From positions 15,686,001 to 15,750,000 of the forward strand of contig NC_087260.1 in assembly GCF_037042905.1 (NCBI RefSeq): a stretch of DNA of 64,000 nucleotides, read 5' to 3'. The position numbers were made by a program, and so were the translations under genes. Shown here one piece after another: positions 62,340 through 64,000 of the stretch (positions are counted from its first letter, which is position 1; every line of letters starts with the position of its first letter). Source of the DNA: Lytechinus pictus. Taxonomy: Eukaryota. Under the pieces are notes generated by a model that searched no databases, was not told the DNA's origin, and saw only the letters and a list, made by a program, of their open reading frames with translations.

Positions 62340-63700
62340 TCACACAAACCTGTAGCCTTTGACCTCCAAACTGACCTGAATGTTCCTTTACAGCTGTCCT
62401 GCAGAAGGTTTGTTTGTATATCCTTCAAGTAAGCTTGGCTTGTCTGCCTCTACTGTGACCAGTCTACCTTGAAGTCTCTATCCAGAATGAACAATGACAA
62501 CATGACATGACCTCACTTTACCATTTGACCCATGACCTCTGACTCCGAGTCTCCTCCATTGCTGTGATAGGGTGATTTAAGTTCCTAGAGGGCGCTTCTC
62601 TTGTTTGCCTCTTCTGTGATCAGTCTACCTCTTAAATAAATATAGTCTGCATTCATTACCATAACCTGATGACAAGACCCTGCTTTACCCTTTGACCCAT
62701 GAACCCTTGGCCTCCTCCATTGCTGTGATAGTGTGGTGTTTGTTCTTCATCAGATCCAGGACCCTTCTTTTCTGATCAGTCTACCTATTATGTACCTTGT
62801 AGTCTTCATTCATCAATGCGACCTCATGACACGACCTCACTTTACCACTTGACCCTTGACATTGGAGCCTCCTCCATTGCTGAGATAGCATGTTGTCTTC
62901 TTCAATAGAGCTTCACCTGTTTGCCTCTACTGTGGGCAGTCTACCTTCATTGAGCCTCCATTCACCACATTGACCTCTTGACCTGACCTCACTTTACCAT
63001 TTGTCCCAAGACCTCTAAACCCCCTCCATAGATGTGAAGGGCATTATGCGTTCTTGAAGTGAGCTTCAACTGTTTGCCTATACTGTGAAAAGTATACCTT
63101 TTATGTAATCTCCATTTATCACCATGATGACATGGCCATACTTTACCCTTTGACATTTCAACTCTGAACCTCTTTCCTGGTTGTTATCATAGGTGTCAAT
63201 GTCCAGATTCACTGCTTGGCTCTACAACATGTTTCATGAGACCCCATGACCTCACTTTACCGACGTCCGAGCAGCCTTCATTGGTGTGACAAGGTGATGC
63301 AAGATCCTATAGGAAGTACTGTGACCTGATGACATGATCCCCACTTTACCTTTTGACCCATGACCTCTATGTCACCTTCATTGCTGTGACAGGATGTTGC
63401 ATGTTCTTCAAGGTATTCAGGGAGCTTCTCTTGTTTGCCTGTACTATAACCAGTCTACCTTTTATAGAGCCTCCATTCGTCACCACGGTGACATGGCCAT
63501 ACTTTACCCTTTGACCTTTCAACTCTGAACCTCTTTCCTGGTTGTTATCATAGGTGTCAATGTCCAGATTCACTGCTTGGCTCTACAACATCTTTCACTA
63601 CAAGGCTTTCCAACACACTTTCATTTCTTACGCTTTAAGGTTTCCCATCATCACTTGTCAGAGTAGTGGGCACTTTCGCCTTTGACCTTTGACCTCTGAG
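62340..63700. repeat. Degenerate about 160-bp tandem array in an ENOX intron, with a younger about 360-bp higher-order duplication
   Basis: Recurrent motifs TTGCCTCTACTGTGACCAGTCTACCT, GACCTCACTTTACC(A/C)TTTGACCC and CTCCATTGCTGTGA. 63130-63230 and 63490-63590 are nearly identical. Confidence 0.8.
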
Positions 63701-64000
63701 TACCACAACAGTGATGATCAATCCATCCAACGATTGTACCGGAGGTTCAATACTACCGGTCCTTGACTCACTTTGTTACAGAATTTTAAGATTATACATT
63801 TGCCTGATTTACTTACTCACGATAGACTATGTTAACCACTACAATGTTGACAAAATCTTGAAAGAAAAAAAAAATTAATCACCCATCACCAAGGAGAATA
63901 AGGAAATCTTACAAAAGAACAATGAGGGCTGCACGAAAGACACTGAGCAGGGCTTTCATTGTTACATTTTTCCATTGAAGGTTTCAAACTCATTAGAGCT

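Overview
Eukaryotic, AT-rich, intron- and repeat-rich animal genomic DNA. The repeat types and gene content suggest a marine invertebrate deuterostome such as a sea urchin; this is inference. The + strand carries the last 18 coding exons (about 1064 aa; the 5' end lies outside the window) of an ABCC5/MRP5-like ABC exporter (1820-50372). Its 30,077-bp phase-0 intron (5245-35321) splits NBD1 right after the H-loop and contains four complete genes: three tandem, intact, 3-exon NEU1-type sialidases on the - strand and an intronless TMEM60 on the same strand as the host. Between the third sialidase and TMEM60 sits a 1.93-kb composite-like mobile element: two apparently identical 465-bp direct repeats, each with its own short TIRs, flanking a 1000-bp CpG-free spacer, with a 4-bp target duplication. 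This is KolobokP-like architecture, inserted 47 bp upstream of the sialidase ATG. The last five coding exons of an ENOX1/2 gene converge from the right (-, 59866-55383). Introns also hold a decayed RecQ-helicase (AcademH-like) fossil, a LINE 3' fragment, tRNA-derived SINEs, many MITEs, Helitron/Helentron-like elements, a palindromic triple-CRE array and several tandem duplications that copy real splice sites. Most ORFs in the supplied track are spurious. All exon boundaries were assigned by eye from GT-AG sites, frame continuity and remembered homology; no search was run.
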